Source: a virus | Direction: 5' to 3' (one strand) | Length of the DNA stretch: 64,000 nt | IMG/VR virus record: IMGVR_UViG_3300032093_000013 | In this document: in pieces, positions 9,495 through 17,188 of the stretch | Layout: every line of letters begins with the position of its first letter | Numbering within the stretch: the first letter of the stretch is position 1 | The notes under the pieces: model-generated | Databases searched by the model: none | The model's input: the letters and a program-made list of their open reading frames with translations, nothing else | Told to the model about the DNA's origin: nothing | Program-made: the position numbers and the translations under genes

Positions 9495-9751
9495 AGAGGC
9501 AGTTTTGCACGCGAGGTCCGCTTCATAAAGTTTAAACTTATCGCATCATATTTCAACTTTTCTTTTAGAGGTTTTGAAATAAGTTTTGTAACTGACTCAA
9601 CTTCAAGACTATTGATCTCACAATAATGACAAATTGCGTCAATATAATTGAAGTTTTCTTCAATTACAATTTTCTCTATTTCTAGAGCAAACTTTGAAGG
9701 AGTAAGAAACTTATTTTCTATGACTTGTTCTAATTCTTTATTTGGTTCCAT
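9491..9751 (-). CDS. gp33: Late transcription coactivator gp33
   Basis: FALEIEKIV..YIDAI..LISKPLKEKL..LNF; start moved to MEPNKEL. Confidence 0.9.
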   Translation of the reverse strand: MEPNKELEQVIENKFLTPSKFALEIEKIVIEENFNYIDAICHYCEINSLEVESVTKLISKPLKEKLKYDAISLNFMKRTSRAKLPL

Positions 9752-10421
9752 AGATCTCCAGTTTATCTCTAACAAACTTTCTAATGTATTCGGTGAGAAG
9801 TTTGATGTATTTTGATTTGTCATATTCTTCATAAACGACGCATTCTCCATTTTCACAAGCCATGATGATTACAAGTTTTTTGACTGAAATACCAGTCAGT
9901 TCATATAGCATACAACCATATGCCATACATTGAACAAAATAGTGTTCAATCCACTCGCGTGGTTTTGGTTTTTTAGAAGTCTTAAAGTCAATTATTGCTA
10001 ACTCGCCGTTATATTCAGCGATACAATCAACTGTCCCAGCAATACCCAGTTGCTTACTATATAGGGACCCTTCAAGGGCGTAAATATTATTTATGCGCTT
10101 TATCTCCGTTTTCGCAATCTTAAAAAGAAAATCCGCAATCGGCGCAACAGACGGCAAATCTTGATTCTTAAGGTAGTGCTCCGTAAGAGAATGCATATCC
10201 GTGCCGCGAGAAGTCGCCGCTTTAGTAATCTTATCAGCTTCCTCCTCACCGACCTTTTTACGCCAATTGACAAAGATTTCACGATTAAAATGACTCGTAA
10301 TAGAAGTAATGGATACTAACTTAAGGAGTTTTTCCTCATCTGGCACAGAATAATATCTTACACCATCAATCGTTTCACGCTCCAACTTTGGGAGTTCAAT
10401 ATCAATATGATTAAACATCAA
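9738..10421 (-). CDS. PD-(D/E)XK exonuclease (cyanophage exonuclease A type)
   Basis: SITSIT..RGTDMH..AGTVDCIAEY..IIDFKTS..YFVQ..AY motifs. Confidence 0.85.
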   Translation of the reverse strand: MMFNHIDIELPKLERETIDGVRYYSVPDEEKLLKLVSITSITSHFNREIFVNWRKKVGEEEADKITKAATSRGTDMHSLTEHYLKNQDLPSVAPIADFLFKIAKTEIKRINNIYALEGSLYSKQLGIAGTVDCIAEYNGELAIIDFKTSKKPKPREWIEHYFVQCMAYGCMLYELTGISVKKLVIIMACENGECVVYEEYDKSKYIKLLTEYIRKFVRDKLEIYGTK

Positions 10422-11176
10422 AAACCAGCATCCATTTTCGCAATAATGTATTCTTTGACAAGTCCAGAACGAACAATATCGTCTACACCAAATTCAATTA
10501 TATCAAAAGATGGCATTTTACGCAATACTGACATAAAATCTACAATACCATTACGCTCATTTGTTTTCTGTAAGTCTGATTGAGAAGCATCACCACAGAA
10601 ACAAATCTTGGTATTCTCACCAACACGAGTAATGATGGAATCAAGTTCGTGGAAGTTTAGATTCTGAAACTCGTCCACAATAATGATTGCATTATCAAGA
10701 GTCGTTCCGCGAAGAAAAGAAGTTGACCAGAACTTAATTGTTTCTTGCGACTTTAAGTTGCCATAGAGCATCTCAAATTCAGAATCACTAGGCATCTGGA
10801 ACATATACTTCACCATATTCTTATAAGGAATCTGGTAAATATCTGCCTTATCTTCGTGAGAACCAGGAAGGAAACCAATTTCTCTTGTCGCAACTAATGA
10901 ACGAACAAGATAGATTTTCTCATAAGGAGTTGATTCATCTAGAACGTCAGCAAGAGCATTGTAAAGAGTAATAAAGGTCTTACCCGTTCCAGCACACCCG
11001 TAGGCAACTAGATGTTTACCGTCAGTATAAGATTCAAACAAACGCTTTTGGTTTTCTGTAAGAGGGTCAATATCAACCAAGTATTCTGCACTTAGAGGTT
11101 TTCTCCTCTTCATTTGTTTTGCGGTCAGACCAACACCGATTGGTTGATCGTTGTTTCCTCTTTTTCTTCTTGCCAT
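10418..11176 (-). CDS. phoH: PhoH-family ATPase
   Basis: GCAGTGKT Walker A, IGFLPG, FLRGTT, IIVDEFQN, GDASQSDL, DIVRSGLV. Confidence 0.97.
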   Translation of the reverse strand: MARRKRGNNDQPIGVGLTAKQMKRRKPLSAEYLVDIDPLTENQKRLFESYTDGKHLVAYGCAGTGKTFITLYNALADVLDESTPYEKIYLVRSLVATREIGFLPGSHEDKADIYQIPYKNMVKYMFQMPSDSEFEMLYGNLKSQETIKFWSTSFLRGTTLDNAIIIVDEFQNLNFHELDSIITRVGENTKICFCGDASQSDLQKTNERNGIVDFMSVLRKMPSFDIIEFGVDDIVRSGLVKEYIIAKMDAGF

Positions 11177-11177
11177 A

Positions 11178-11417
11178 TTAGAGTTTTTTTACAGTTGAAC
11201 CGGGCATTTTTTGAGCACGACCTAAGACATCATTCCACGAAGGATGTTTTTGAGTTAATTTATTTCTCCAATCTCCCACCTCACCAACATTCATTTGTGT
11301 TGGAATGAGTGGTTTGAGATGAGGATTTTCTTTGAGATATGGGTCCTTTTCTGCCATAAGCATCCATTTCTCAAAGATTTCACCAGTTTCAGTATTTTCG
11401 AAGCGATATGTAGGCAT
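11178..11417 (-). CDS. FmdB-like small protein
   Basis: MPTYRF..TGE N-terminus; usual position between thyX and phoH. Confidence 0.65.
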   Translation of the reverse strand: MPTYRFENTETGEIFEKWMLMAEKDPYLKENPHLKPLIPTQMNVGEVGDWRNKLTQKHPSWNDVLGRAQKMPGSTVKKL

Positions 11418-11442
11418 CAGTTATAATCTCAACATAAAATAT

Positions 11443-12078
11443 TTAGACCCACTCAAGAGCTTCTGCAACTGTCGGGAATTGCTCAGAAAATACTTTTTTG
11501 CATTCAAGAGCAATATCCATATGCTCTTTTTGAGTACCATTGGCAGATCTAAGTGTTATGTAATGTATCCACGACCTGCAAGAACCCGTCATATAGATGC
11601 GTGTGGGCGTCGCTAAAGGCAATACAAATCTTGCACACTCTTTTGCTACACCTGCCTCTAACATTCGCTTGTAGAGGTTATTAGAGTGCTTAAACAATTC
11701 AGCAATTTCTGCCTGAAACTTAAGTTTTACATAGTCACCAAGATCATCTGTGGAGTTTTGACGATTCTTGGTATCTTGTTTACGAAGATCTGGAATAGGA
11801 ATATTTTCGGTGATTAGATTTGTGTCAGCATACCTTTGTGAAAATTCCTGAAATGTAAAGGACCTGTGTCGAAGTATCTGAGCTGCGATACCACGGTTAG
11901 TTTCAATCTCAAGACTCATAGAAGATTGCTCAAACACAGACCAATGATTGTGCTTAATACAATAACGTAGCAAACCCGCATAGTTTTCAGAATCCTGATT
12001 CTCTGGATTACTAACTCTCGCAATAAACGCCATTGTTTGTTCTGCATCGGGAGTCACGCTGATAAGTTTTACAGTCAT
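11443..12078 (-). CDS. thyX: Flavin-dependent thymidylate synthase
   Basis: ARVSNP, HWSVFE, QILRHRSFTFQEFSQRY (RHRx7S), ECARFVLP, TQKEH. Confidence 0.97.
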   Translation of the reverse strand: MTVKLISVTPDAEQTMAFIARVSNPENQDSENYAGLLRYCIKHNHWSVFEQSSMSLEIETNRGIAAQILRHRSFTFQEFSQRYADTNLITENIPIPDLRKQDTKNRQNSTDDLGDYVKLKFQAEIAELFKHSNNLYKRMLEAGVAKECARFVLPLATPTRIYMTGSCRSWIHYITLRSANGTQKEHMDIALECKKVFSEQFPTVAEALEWV

Positions 12079-12242
12079 TTCTTTCCAAATCCTTTTGATG
12101 TTTTTGATTCAAGTTCTGCGATTTCTTCCTTAAGCGTTCGCAGTTGTGTTTTCATCTCTCTGATTTTTTCATCAGTATAAAGATTTTCTTGTTTTACCAA
12201 TCTTTCTAAAAGTTTAATGAGTTCTCGTGCTCTACTGGTCAT
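12075..12242 (-). CDS. Small coiled-coil hypothetical protein (55 aa)
   Basis: Manual translation MTSRARELIKLLERLVKQENLY...SKGFGKK; stop overlaps the thyX ATG. Confidence 0.7.
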   Translation of the reverse strand: MTSRARELIKLLERLVKQENLYTDEKIREMKTQLRTLKEEIAELESKTSKGFGKK

Positions 12243-12411
12243 CTAAATCAGAATCCTCAAAAATTTCGTCGTAATCTAACACTGGTCTTTTTCTGACTTC
12301 TGGTTCTGTATACTTATTATACGCAGAAACATCAGAATAAACTTCTGCTTTCAGAGAATCAACCAAGAGTTCTAAATTACGAACAAGAAGTTTTAGTTTG
12401 TCTTTATCCAT
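12232..12411 (-). CDS. Small acidic hypothetical protein (59 aa)
   Basis: Manual translation MDKDKLKLLVRNLELLVDSLKAEVYSD...DYDEIFED; overlaps the next gene. Confidence 0.7.
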   Translation of the reverse strand: MDKDKLKLLVRNLELLVDSLKAEVYSDVSAYNKYTEPEVRKRPVLDYDEIFEDSDLDDQ

Positions 12412-12432
12412 AAGTTACTATTCTCTTCAGGC

Positions 12433-12472
12433 ATTTTACCATAAAAAAAGAGGGGCAGTCAACCCCCCGTTT
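12433..12472 (-). terminator. Terminator hairpin overlapping a promoter
   Basis: GGGGGG-ttgactg-CCCCTC plus U7; TTGACT in the loop and TAAAAT 18 nt downstream. Confidence 0.65.
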
Positions 12473-12474
12473 CA

Positions 12475-12651
12475 TTATGACTTGCTTAACAACTCCCTAC
12501 AAATTCTTTTACAAGTTTGTTTTTCATCATCACACTCAATCAAACAATTAAAATAATCATTAACTAAGTCGTTCTGTTCATTAGATCGTTCTACTGTCTC
12601 CTCAAATTGTTTCCATCCAGCTAATTGATTGTAAGAGATTAGGTTGTGCAT
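12475..12651 (-). CDS. Small Cys-containing protein (CxxxC-x6-CxxxC)
   Basis: MHNLISYNQLAGW...YFNCLIECDDEKQTCKRIC; GGAGG Shine-Dalgarno before ATG 12651. Confidence 0.75.
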   Translation of the reverse strand: MHNLISYNQLAGWKQFEETVERSNEQNDLVNDYFNCLIECDDEKQTCKRICRELLSKS

Positions 12652-12784
12652 AATAACCTCCATGCACATAGAATAACATAACAAAGGGGTTTTCGTTCAT
12701 ACGCTTCACCTCTATATTCTACTACTATCTAGGTGTTTTGTGTTGATTCCTTAACAATAATTTATACCTACGAGTTTATACCTA

Positions 12785-12813
12785 TAAAAAAAGGAGGAGA
12801 TCAACCCCTCCGA
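12785..12813 (-). terminator. Intrinsic terminator closing the riboswitch-controlled small-gene operon
   Basis: GGAGGGG-ttgat-CTCCTCC followed by a U-run. Confidence 0.7.
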
Positions 12814-12816
12814 TTT

Positions 12817-12900
12817 CTACTTAAATAAAAATTGAATATAAAGCGACAATAAAACAAGTACAACCGCAGATCCTGCGGCAATTTGTAATACTGCGAACAT
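12817..12900 (-). CDS. 27-aa single-TM peptide
   Basis: Manual translation MFAVLQIAAGSAVVLVLLSLYIQFLFK; TGATG coupling to the upstream ORF. Confidence 0.55.
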   Translation of the reverse strand: MFAVLQIAAGSAVVLVLLSLYIQFLFK

Positions 12901-12998
12901 CACTTTGCTCCAACGAGTTGTGCTAGTTGTGCTTGGTGACGGCGCTCTTCTTTTTGTTTTTGCTCTTTAATGATTTGAAGGAAGTTAAGTTTTTTCAC
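12900..12998 (-). CDS. 32-aa basic peptide
   Basis: GTG start overlapping the DUF4278 stop, after a GGAGGGG Shine-Dalgarno; MKKLNFLQIIKEQKQKEERRHQAQLAQLVGAK. Confidence 0.6.
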   Translation of the reverse strand: MKKLNFLQIIKEQKQKEERRHQAQLAQLVGAK

Positions 12999-13132
12999 TT
13001 GTGCCCCTCCTTTACAAACTTAACACCACGATAGGTTTCGTTGTATTGTTGGGCTTGTTGTTGCATTTGCTGTTGGTATTCAATACGCTTTTGAGTATCG
13101 TATTCAACACCACGATATACGACTTTAGACAT
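12995..13132 (-). CDS. DUF4278-family small protein (45 aa)
   Basis: Two YRGV repeats: MSKVVYRGVEYDT...NETYRGVKF; AAGGAG Shine-Dalgarno; downstream of glutamine riboswitches. Confidence 0.8.
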   Translation of the reverse strand: MSKVVYRGVEYDTQKRIEYQQQMQQQAQQYNETYRGVKFVKEGHK

Positions 13133-13163
13133 TAGGTTTTCTCCTTAATTTTGAGGCTAAAGA

Positions 13164-13335
13164 GCGTTCCTTCAGTCGGCTTTTGCGTCTATTTTGCACT
13201 CTTTTGGAGTAATCTGTTTGATTTCCCAAACCAAGTCATTTTTTGCTTGTTTTGGAATATCAACTTTATGAATTCTCCCAACCATTAACTGTGCTTGAAG
13301 GCAAGTTAAAAGAAGTGTTTCCATAGATGAACGAC
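13164..13335 (-). ncRNA. Glutamine riboswitch aptamer 2 (glnA-type) with a greatly expanded P2 loop
   Basis: 5' UCGUUCAUCUAU ... 3' AUAGACGCAAAAGCCGACUGAAGGAACG; P1 CGUUC/GAACG and P2 UCUAU/AUAGA; parallels aptamer 1. Confidence 0.65.
13172..13324 (-). CDS. 50-aa ORF nested inside riboswitch aptamer 2
   Basis: Manual translation METLLLTCLQAQLMVGRIHKVDIPKQAKNDLVWEIKQITPKECKIDAKAD. Confidence 0.6.
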   Translation of the reverse strand: METLLLTCLQAQLMVGRIHKVDIPKQAKNDLVWEIKQITPKECKIDAKAD

Positions 13336-13352
13336 CTATAAGTAGGTTTTAA

Positions 13353-13399
13353 TCCGTTCCGAGTCGGCTTACTTCCGTCTGGTTTCCCAGATGAACGAT
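13353..13399 (-). ncRNA. Glutamine riboswitch aptamer 1 (glnA RNA motif)
   Basis: AUCGUUCA-UCUGG-GAAA-CCAGA-CGGAAGUAAGCCGACUCGGAACG; P1 CGUUC/GAACG, GNRA-capped P2 and GGAAGUA junction. Confidence 0.8.
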
Positions 13400-13405
13400 G
13401 AGAGT

Positions 13406-13435
13406 ATTATACTCCCTTTCGTGGATATTTATCAA
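13406..13435 (-). promoter_or_regulatory. Sigma70-type promoter for the riboswitch transcript
   Basis: TTGATA-18nt-TATAAT; predicted start site ~13399, at the first base of aptamer 1. Confidence 0.7.
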
Positions 13436-13443
13436 GTATGATT

Positions 13444-13459
13444 TGTATCATACGATACA
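13444..13459. promoter_or_regulatory. NtcA-binding box
   Basis: TGTA-TCATACGA-TACA, a perfect GTA-N8-TAC palindrome with AT-rich flanks. Confidence 0.7.
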
Positions 13460-13518
13460 AATTTATAAAATCTTCGCGTGAGAAAATTTTGCCGGAATTT
13501 TTTGCCCCTTCTGGGGAA

Positions 13519-13893
13519 TCACTTACGCTTTTTCTTTTCGGGTGCCTGATATCCCCAGAGTTTTGGATTAATCTTTCCATAACCCCAGTCAATATTACGA
13601 ACTACTGGACCGAGATTATCGTAATACATATCAAACAAATTAGATCTCTTTCCACAGCGTGTTAAATCATAACAAGTTTTACCATCAATTTGATAAGTGA
13701 CTATGTAAGCATCAGTTGGAACTTGACTGTCTTTTGCTTCTTCTAGAGTACAGTTTTGTTTGATAACTTCACACCCATATTTTGATTTAAACAATTCCTT
13801 TTCTTCGGGAGTCCAGGCATGGTTTAAATCTTTATTGGGCGCCTCTCCTTTATCTGATGGCATCTTTGGTTTTTCTATAAGATTTTTTTCCAT
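13519..13893 (-). CDS. Conserved cyanophage hypothetical protein
   Basis: ORF track; PTDAYIVTY..FDMYYD..GYGKINPKLWG. Confidence 0.7.
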   Translation of the reverse strand: MEKNLIEKPKMPSDKGEAPNKDLNHAWTPEEKELFKSKYGCEVIKQNCTLEEAKDSQVPTDAYIVTYQIDGKTCYDLTRCGKRSNLFDMYYDNLGPVVRNIDWGYGKINPKLWGYQAPEKKKRK

Positions 13894-13916
13894 GATAATA
13901 ACTTCAAAAATTTAGA

Positions 13917-14528
13917 TTAACTTCTACCGCCCCACTGAATGTCTGAATACGCTTCAGCAACAATTTCTTTTGTAAGATTATATTTTGTATTCAACTTTTT
14001 ATCTTTCACCAGGCAAAGAATTTCTGCTTCAAGAGGATGAAGACCTTCAAGGATATTAATAAACATTGTCTCACGACGAATATTATTCAACGAATCATTA
14101 CCACCTTTGATGAAATGATAAAAGTTTTTGTATTCTCTACTAATTGTGGTATGCCCTTGCTTATCACTCGATCCGATTGAAAAAGATCCAGTTTCGTGCA
14201 TCTTACGAACTTCTTCAGAAATCTTCGTTGTAAGAGACCCGCTGTAAGAAGTTTGGTCTGAGTATCCAGAATATGGCACCGCACCTTCTGGAAGCATTGA
14301 AATTACTGATTCATCAAAATTCCAAATAAAGATTGATTTCAATGCGACATGCTCATACTTTCTAAGAATTTCTACCTTCTTGGAATTTGTTTTTTGTCTT
14401 GATACAATATCTAATACTTCAAAGACAAACGGGTTGTTTGGCAAACTTGGAGTTGCAGTAACTCTAGCAGTAGTTGCCTTTGAAGTGGTCTTTTTAACGG
14501 GTGTTTTTGCTTTAGTTGTCGTAGTCAT
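13917..14528 (-). CDS. Conserved T4-like cyanophage hypothetical protein
   Basis: ORF track; IWNFD..LPEGAVPY..RRETMFINILEGLHPLEAE. Confidence 0.8.
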   Translation of the reverse strand: MTTTTKAKTPVKKTTSKATTARVTATPSLPNNPFVFEVLDIVSRQKTNSKKVEILRKYEHVALKSIFIWNFDESVISMLPEGAVPYSGYSDQTSYSGSLTTKISEEVRKMHETGSFSIGSSDKQGHTTISREYKNFYHFIKGGNDSLNNIRRETMFINILEGLHPLEAEILCLVKDKKLNTKYNLTKEIVAEAYSDIQWGGRS

Positions 14529-14570
14529 ATGATGAACAAAATGTTGAATAATGTTAAAGTTATTTATTGA

Positions 14571-14813
14571 CTATTCTTCGTCTTCCTCTACTTCAAACTC
14601 ATCTTCAAAGTATCCTTGCTCAAATCGTACTGATACGATTTCTTGATCGATTAACTCACCATCCTTATCATAAAACTCTGGATGGTATGCAATTTGTTTT
14701 GGACCTTCTTGGTGATTCATCATGTATTCTCTGGCAACCCAACCAAGCATTACTCCCACAATCAGAAACAATACTGTTAGAAAAGAACCGAATACTAAAC
14801 TGATTGCTAACAT
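14571..14813 (-). CDS. Small membrane protein
   Basis: N-terminal TM helix, HPEFYDKDG, acidic tail. Confidence 0.7.
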   Translation of the reverse strand: MLAISLVFGSFLTVLFLIVGVMLGWVAREYMMNHQEGPKQIAYHPEFYDKDGELIDQEIVSVRFEQGYFEDEFEVEEDEE

Positions 14814-14830
14814 GTGTTTGCTCCGGGAAA

Positions 14831-15049
14831 CTACTTTTTCTTCCTTGATATAAAGGAAAACTCAAAATAGATGGTTACCTCCCGATTTAGAAAGCAAACC
14901 ATCTTCTCAAAGATGATGTGAAACGGTTGAGTCTGCTTTCTTTTGCCTCCATTAAGTATAAGTTCAACACCACGATTAAAGTGGTCTTCCTTTTTATTTA
15001 GGTCAAGATTTGATGATTTGTTTTTCCTTGAGGAATTTGATTGTGTCAA
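14831..15049 (-). CDS. Hypothetical protein (start uncertain)
   Basis: ORF track; fills the gap between nrdC and the membrane protein. Confidence 0.5.
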   Translation of the reverse strand: MTQSNSSRKNKSSNLDLNKKEDHFNRGVELILNGGKRKQTQPFHIIFEKMVCFLNREVTIYFEFSFISRKKK

Positions 15050-15245
15050 CTGATCCTCCTAATTTTTGTTCATCACAAATAACTTGTGGGAAAGTAGAGC
15101 CTTCGCCAAACTCGGCATAAAACTCATCTCTGGTAAAATGCTCATTGAGATTATATACTACAAAGTTACTTCCTGTCAACTCAAGAACTTGTTTGACTTT
15201 ATAGCAGTATGGGCAATCCTCTTTAGAATATACAGTAAAGTTCAT
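15003..15245 (-). CDS. nrdC: Glutaredoxin
   Basis: CPYC, TFPQV and LGG motifs. Confidence 0.93.
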   Translation of the reverse strand: MNFTVYSKEDCPYCYKVKQVLELTGSNFVVYNLNEHFTRDEFYAEFGEGSTFPQVICDEQKLGGSVDTIKFLKEKQIIKS

Positions 15246-15279
15246 AATTTGTTATAATTTTTATATTAATTTATAATAG

Positions 15280-15307
15280 AAAAAAGGAGGGTATAAAAAC
15301 CCTCCTT
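15280..15307 (-). terminator. Intrinsic terminator
   Basis: AAGGAGGG-tttttata-CCCTCCTT continuing into a U-run. Confidence 0.8.
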
Positions 15308-15382
15308 ATTATACCACCAACTCACCTCTCCCACCACAGAGAAGTGGTCTTCATTCCCAAAGTTACAAGGATATTGAAGACT
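15280..15382 (-). ncRNA. Candidate stand-alone small RNA (~100 nt)
   Basis: Perfect promoter upstream, two hairpins (GUCUUCA/UGAAGAC and CACUUCUC/GAGAGGUG), then an intrinsic terminator; no convincing ORF. Confidence 0.55.
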
Positions 15383-15387
15383 TGAAT

Positions 15388-15449
15388 ATTATAAAGGAAA
15401 TTCAAAAGGTTGTCAACCGGTTGACGAAGTGTGTTTTTATAAGTAGACT
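15388..15449. promoter_or_regulatory. Back-to-back divergent sigma70 promoters
   Basis: Minus strand: TTGACA(15416-15411)-17-TATAAT(15393-15388). Plus strand: TTGACG(15421)-17-TAGACT(15444). Centred on the palindrome GTCAACCGGTTGAC. Confidence 0.7.
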
Positions 15450-15484
15450 AGGTTTGTTGCCGTTGAAGATAAGTTATAACTTAA

Positions 15485-15754
15485 TTAAGGTTTAGGACCT
15501 AAAAGACTCTCATTCCAAACTTCTTTGAGTTCTGTTGTGATCTCATCAACGGTTGTTCCAGTTATTTCTGCTTCAGTAACAATATTGGTTGCATCACGAA
15601 GTGCTTGTTTTTGAGTCTTAATTTCTTCAGTATCAGTACCAAATTCAAGTGCTCTTACAAAATCCACATCCAGTTTTTCTAGAAGTGGTTTTCTCACCGC
15701 TCTCATCTTATCTTTTTGGATTTCTTTTGCTTTATCTACGTTAATCTTGATCAT
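15485..15754 (-). CDS. Tail fibre partner/assembly chaperone-like protein
   Basis: Helical R..LLEKLD..KQALRD pattern of fibre assembly proteins; downstream of a fibre gene. Confidence 0.6.
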   Translation of the reverse strand: MIKINVDKAKEIQKDKMRAVRKPLLEKLDVDFVRALEFGTDTEEIKTQKQALRDATNIVTEAEITGTTVDEITTELKEVWNESLLGPKP

Positions 15755-16014
15755 TTCTTGTACTCCAGTACCCAGTCTTCATAGTCCATACCGTATCCTG
15801 TCGGTTCTCCAAGTTCTTCTACATCAAGTTCCCAAGCATTAAAAAATGTATAGTCATTTGATACTTCTTCTTCATTTACAATCCAAAAAGGTTGCCCAGT
15901 TGGAGTATCCTTAAGAGCAATTTCAGTGATTGTATAATTTTCAAGTGCTTCTGGTGTTGGGTATCCTACTGCAACTCCACCAAAATCATTATGCATAAGA
16001 ATTAATTGTGCCAT
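15751..16014 (-). CDS. Tail fibre partner protein
   Basis: IALKDTPTGQPFWIV..FFNAWE; paired with the previous gene. Confidence 0.6.
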   Translation of the reverse strand: MAQLILMHNDFGGVAVGYPTPEALENYTITEIALKDTPTGQPFWIVNEEEVSNDYTFFNAWELDVEELGEPTGYGMDYEDWVLEYKK

Positions 16015-16045
16015 AATTATTTTAAGACTTGTGAATATTTATAAA

Positions 16046-17188
16046 TTAACGGAAAATTGCTACATTACAACTATTAACATCAAAAGGAACACTACTAGAT
16101 GGGTTACCAGTCACAATTTTTAGTGAACCAGTTCCAAATGCTGAATAATTTCCAGAGTTTAGGTTTGGTCCACCTTGTCCAACCTGATGAACTAATCCTT
16201 GCCCACCACCTTGAGAGATGGAGACCGTTGGACAATAGTTAGAATCTGGCATAGAACTTGAAAAATTGATTGTATAATTTCCAGTACTATTTCTAGTTAC
16301 ACTGGTTACATTAGCACTACCACGAATAGATCCACTTGTTCCATCAAAGTTCACCCAAACACGACATCCATAAGCCGTTGCTACTGAACCATATCCAGAG
16401 TTAAATAATAAATTTCCATTAGAGTTCAATTGCATTTGAACTCCCAATTCACCATTATCAGGTTTGACTTGAAATCTCAAATATCCACCAGTATCTGCAG
16501 CATTTCCAACATTAGTATTTGTATAAGACTCAATAACTGCCTTAATACCAGGATTGCCTGTTAGATTGGTTCCAGATACTTTATTTCCAAAAACAATCGA
16601 ACCAATTCTTGATGCACTTGGATTTGCATTTGGATTTACAAGTGCTAAACAACCGTCAGCAGGATTAGTTCCAGAAGCAGTTCCTGAAAAAGTATAAACT
16701 AATTGATTAGCGTCCTTACCCCAATTTAAATCTGATACTGTTACTCCAGCACCAAAAGTTGCTTCACCTCTTACGTCAAGTGTTTTTACAGCACTTATTG
16801 TTCCTATACCCAGACGACCATTACTATCAAACCTAGCTGCTTCTACACCACCTTCACCAAACGCTATGGTATCAGCAGAAGGAAAGAATATACCGGTATT
16901 ACTGTCACCTGTTGGACTTATAGATGGAGCTGAAGTGCTACCGGCAGCAACGGTTGTAACACCAGTATTTGTAATGCTTGTAGCAGTTACAGTAGTGGCA
17001 GTTACTGATGTAAAAGTAGAAACCCCAGAAGAACTTAAAGTATTATTACCAATCTTAATCGTCCCTGACTGAACATCCAAAGCACTCGTTGGTACTGACG
17101 TTCCGATACCGACTCTACCAGTGGAATCTTGATAGACTCCGCCAGTACCAGATTGATGTAACCAACGATTGAATCTTATATCAGACAT
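16046..17188 (-). CDS. Tail fibre / adhesin module
   Basis: GRVGIGT fibre repeats, APSISPTGDSNTGIF segment, C-terminal WVNFDG..NVTSVT..G.YTINF domain. Confidence 0.75.
   Translation of the reverse strand: MSDIRFNRWLHQSGTGGVYQDSTGRVGIGTSVPTSALDVQSGTIKIGNNTLSSSGVSTFTSVTATTVTATSITNTGVTTVAAGSTSAPSISPTGDSNTGIFFPSADTIAFGEGGVEAARFDSNGRLGIGTISAVKTLDVRGEATFGAGVTVSDLNWGKDANQLVYTFSGTASGTNPADGCLALVNPNANPSASRIGSIVFGNKVSGTNLTGNPGIKAVIESYTNTNVGNAADTGGYLRFQVKPDNGELGVQMQLNSNGNLLFNSGYGSVATAYGCRVWVNFDGTSGSIRGSANVTSVTRNSTGNYTINFSSSMPDSNYCPTVSISQGGGQGLVHQVGQGGPNLNSGNYSAFGTGSLKIVTGNPSSSVPFDVNSCNVAIFR

Noticed and set aside
9738-10421. Cas4-like nuclease as evidence of a CRISPR system
   Set aside because: It is a core T4-like cyanophage exonuclease in its normal phoH-gp33 context.
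13407-13665. ORFs 13407-13592 (-) and 13438-13665 (+)
   Set aside because: They overlap a better gene and the NtcA/promoter region, and have no recognisable motifs.
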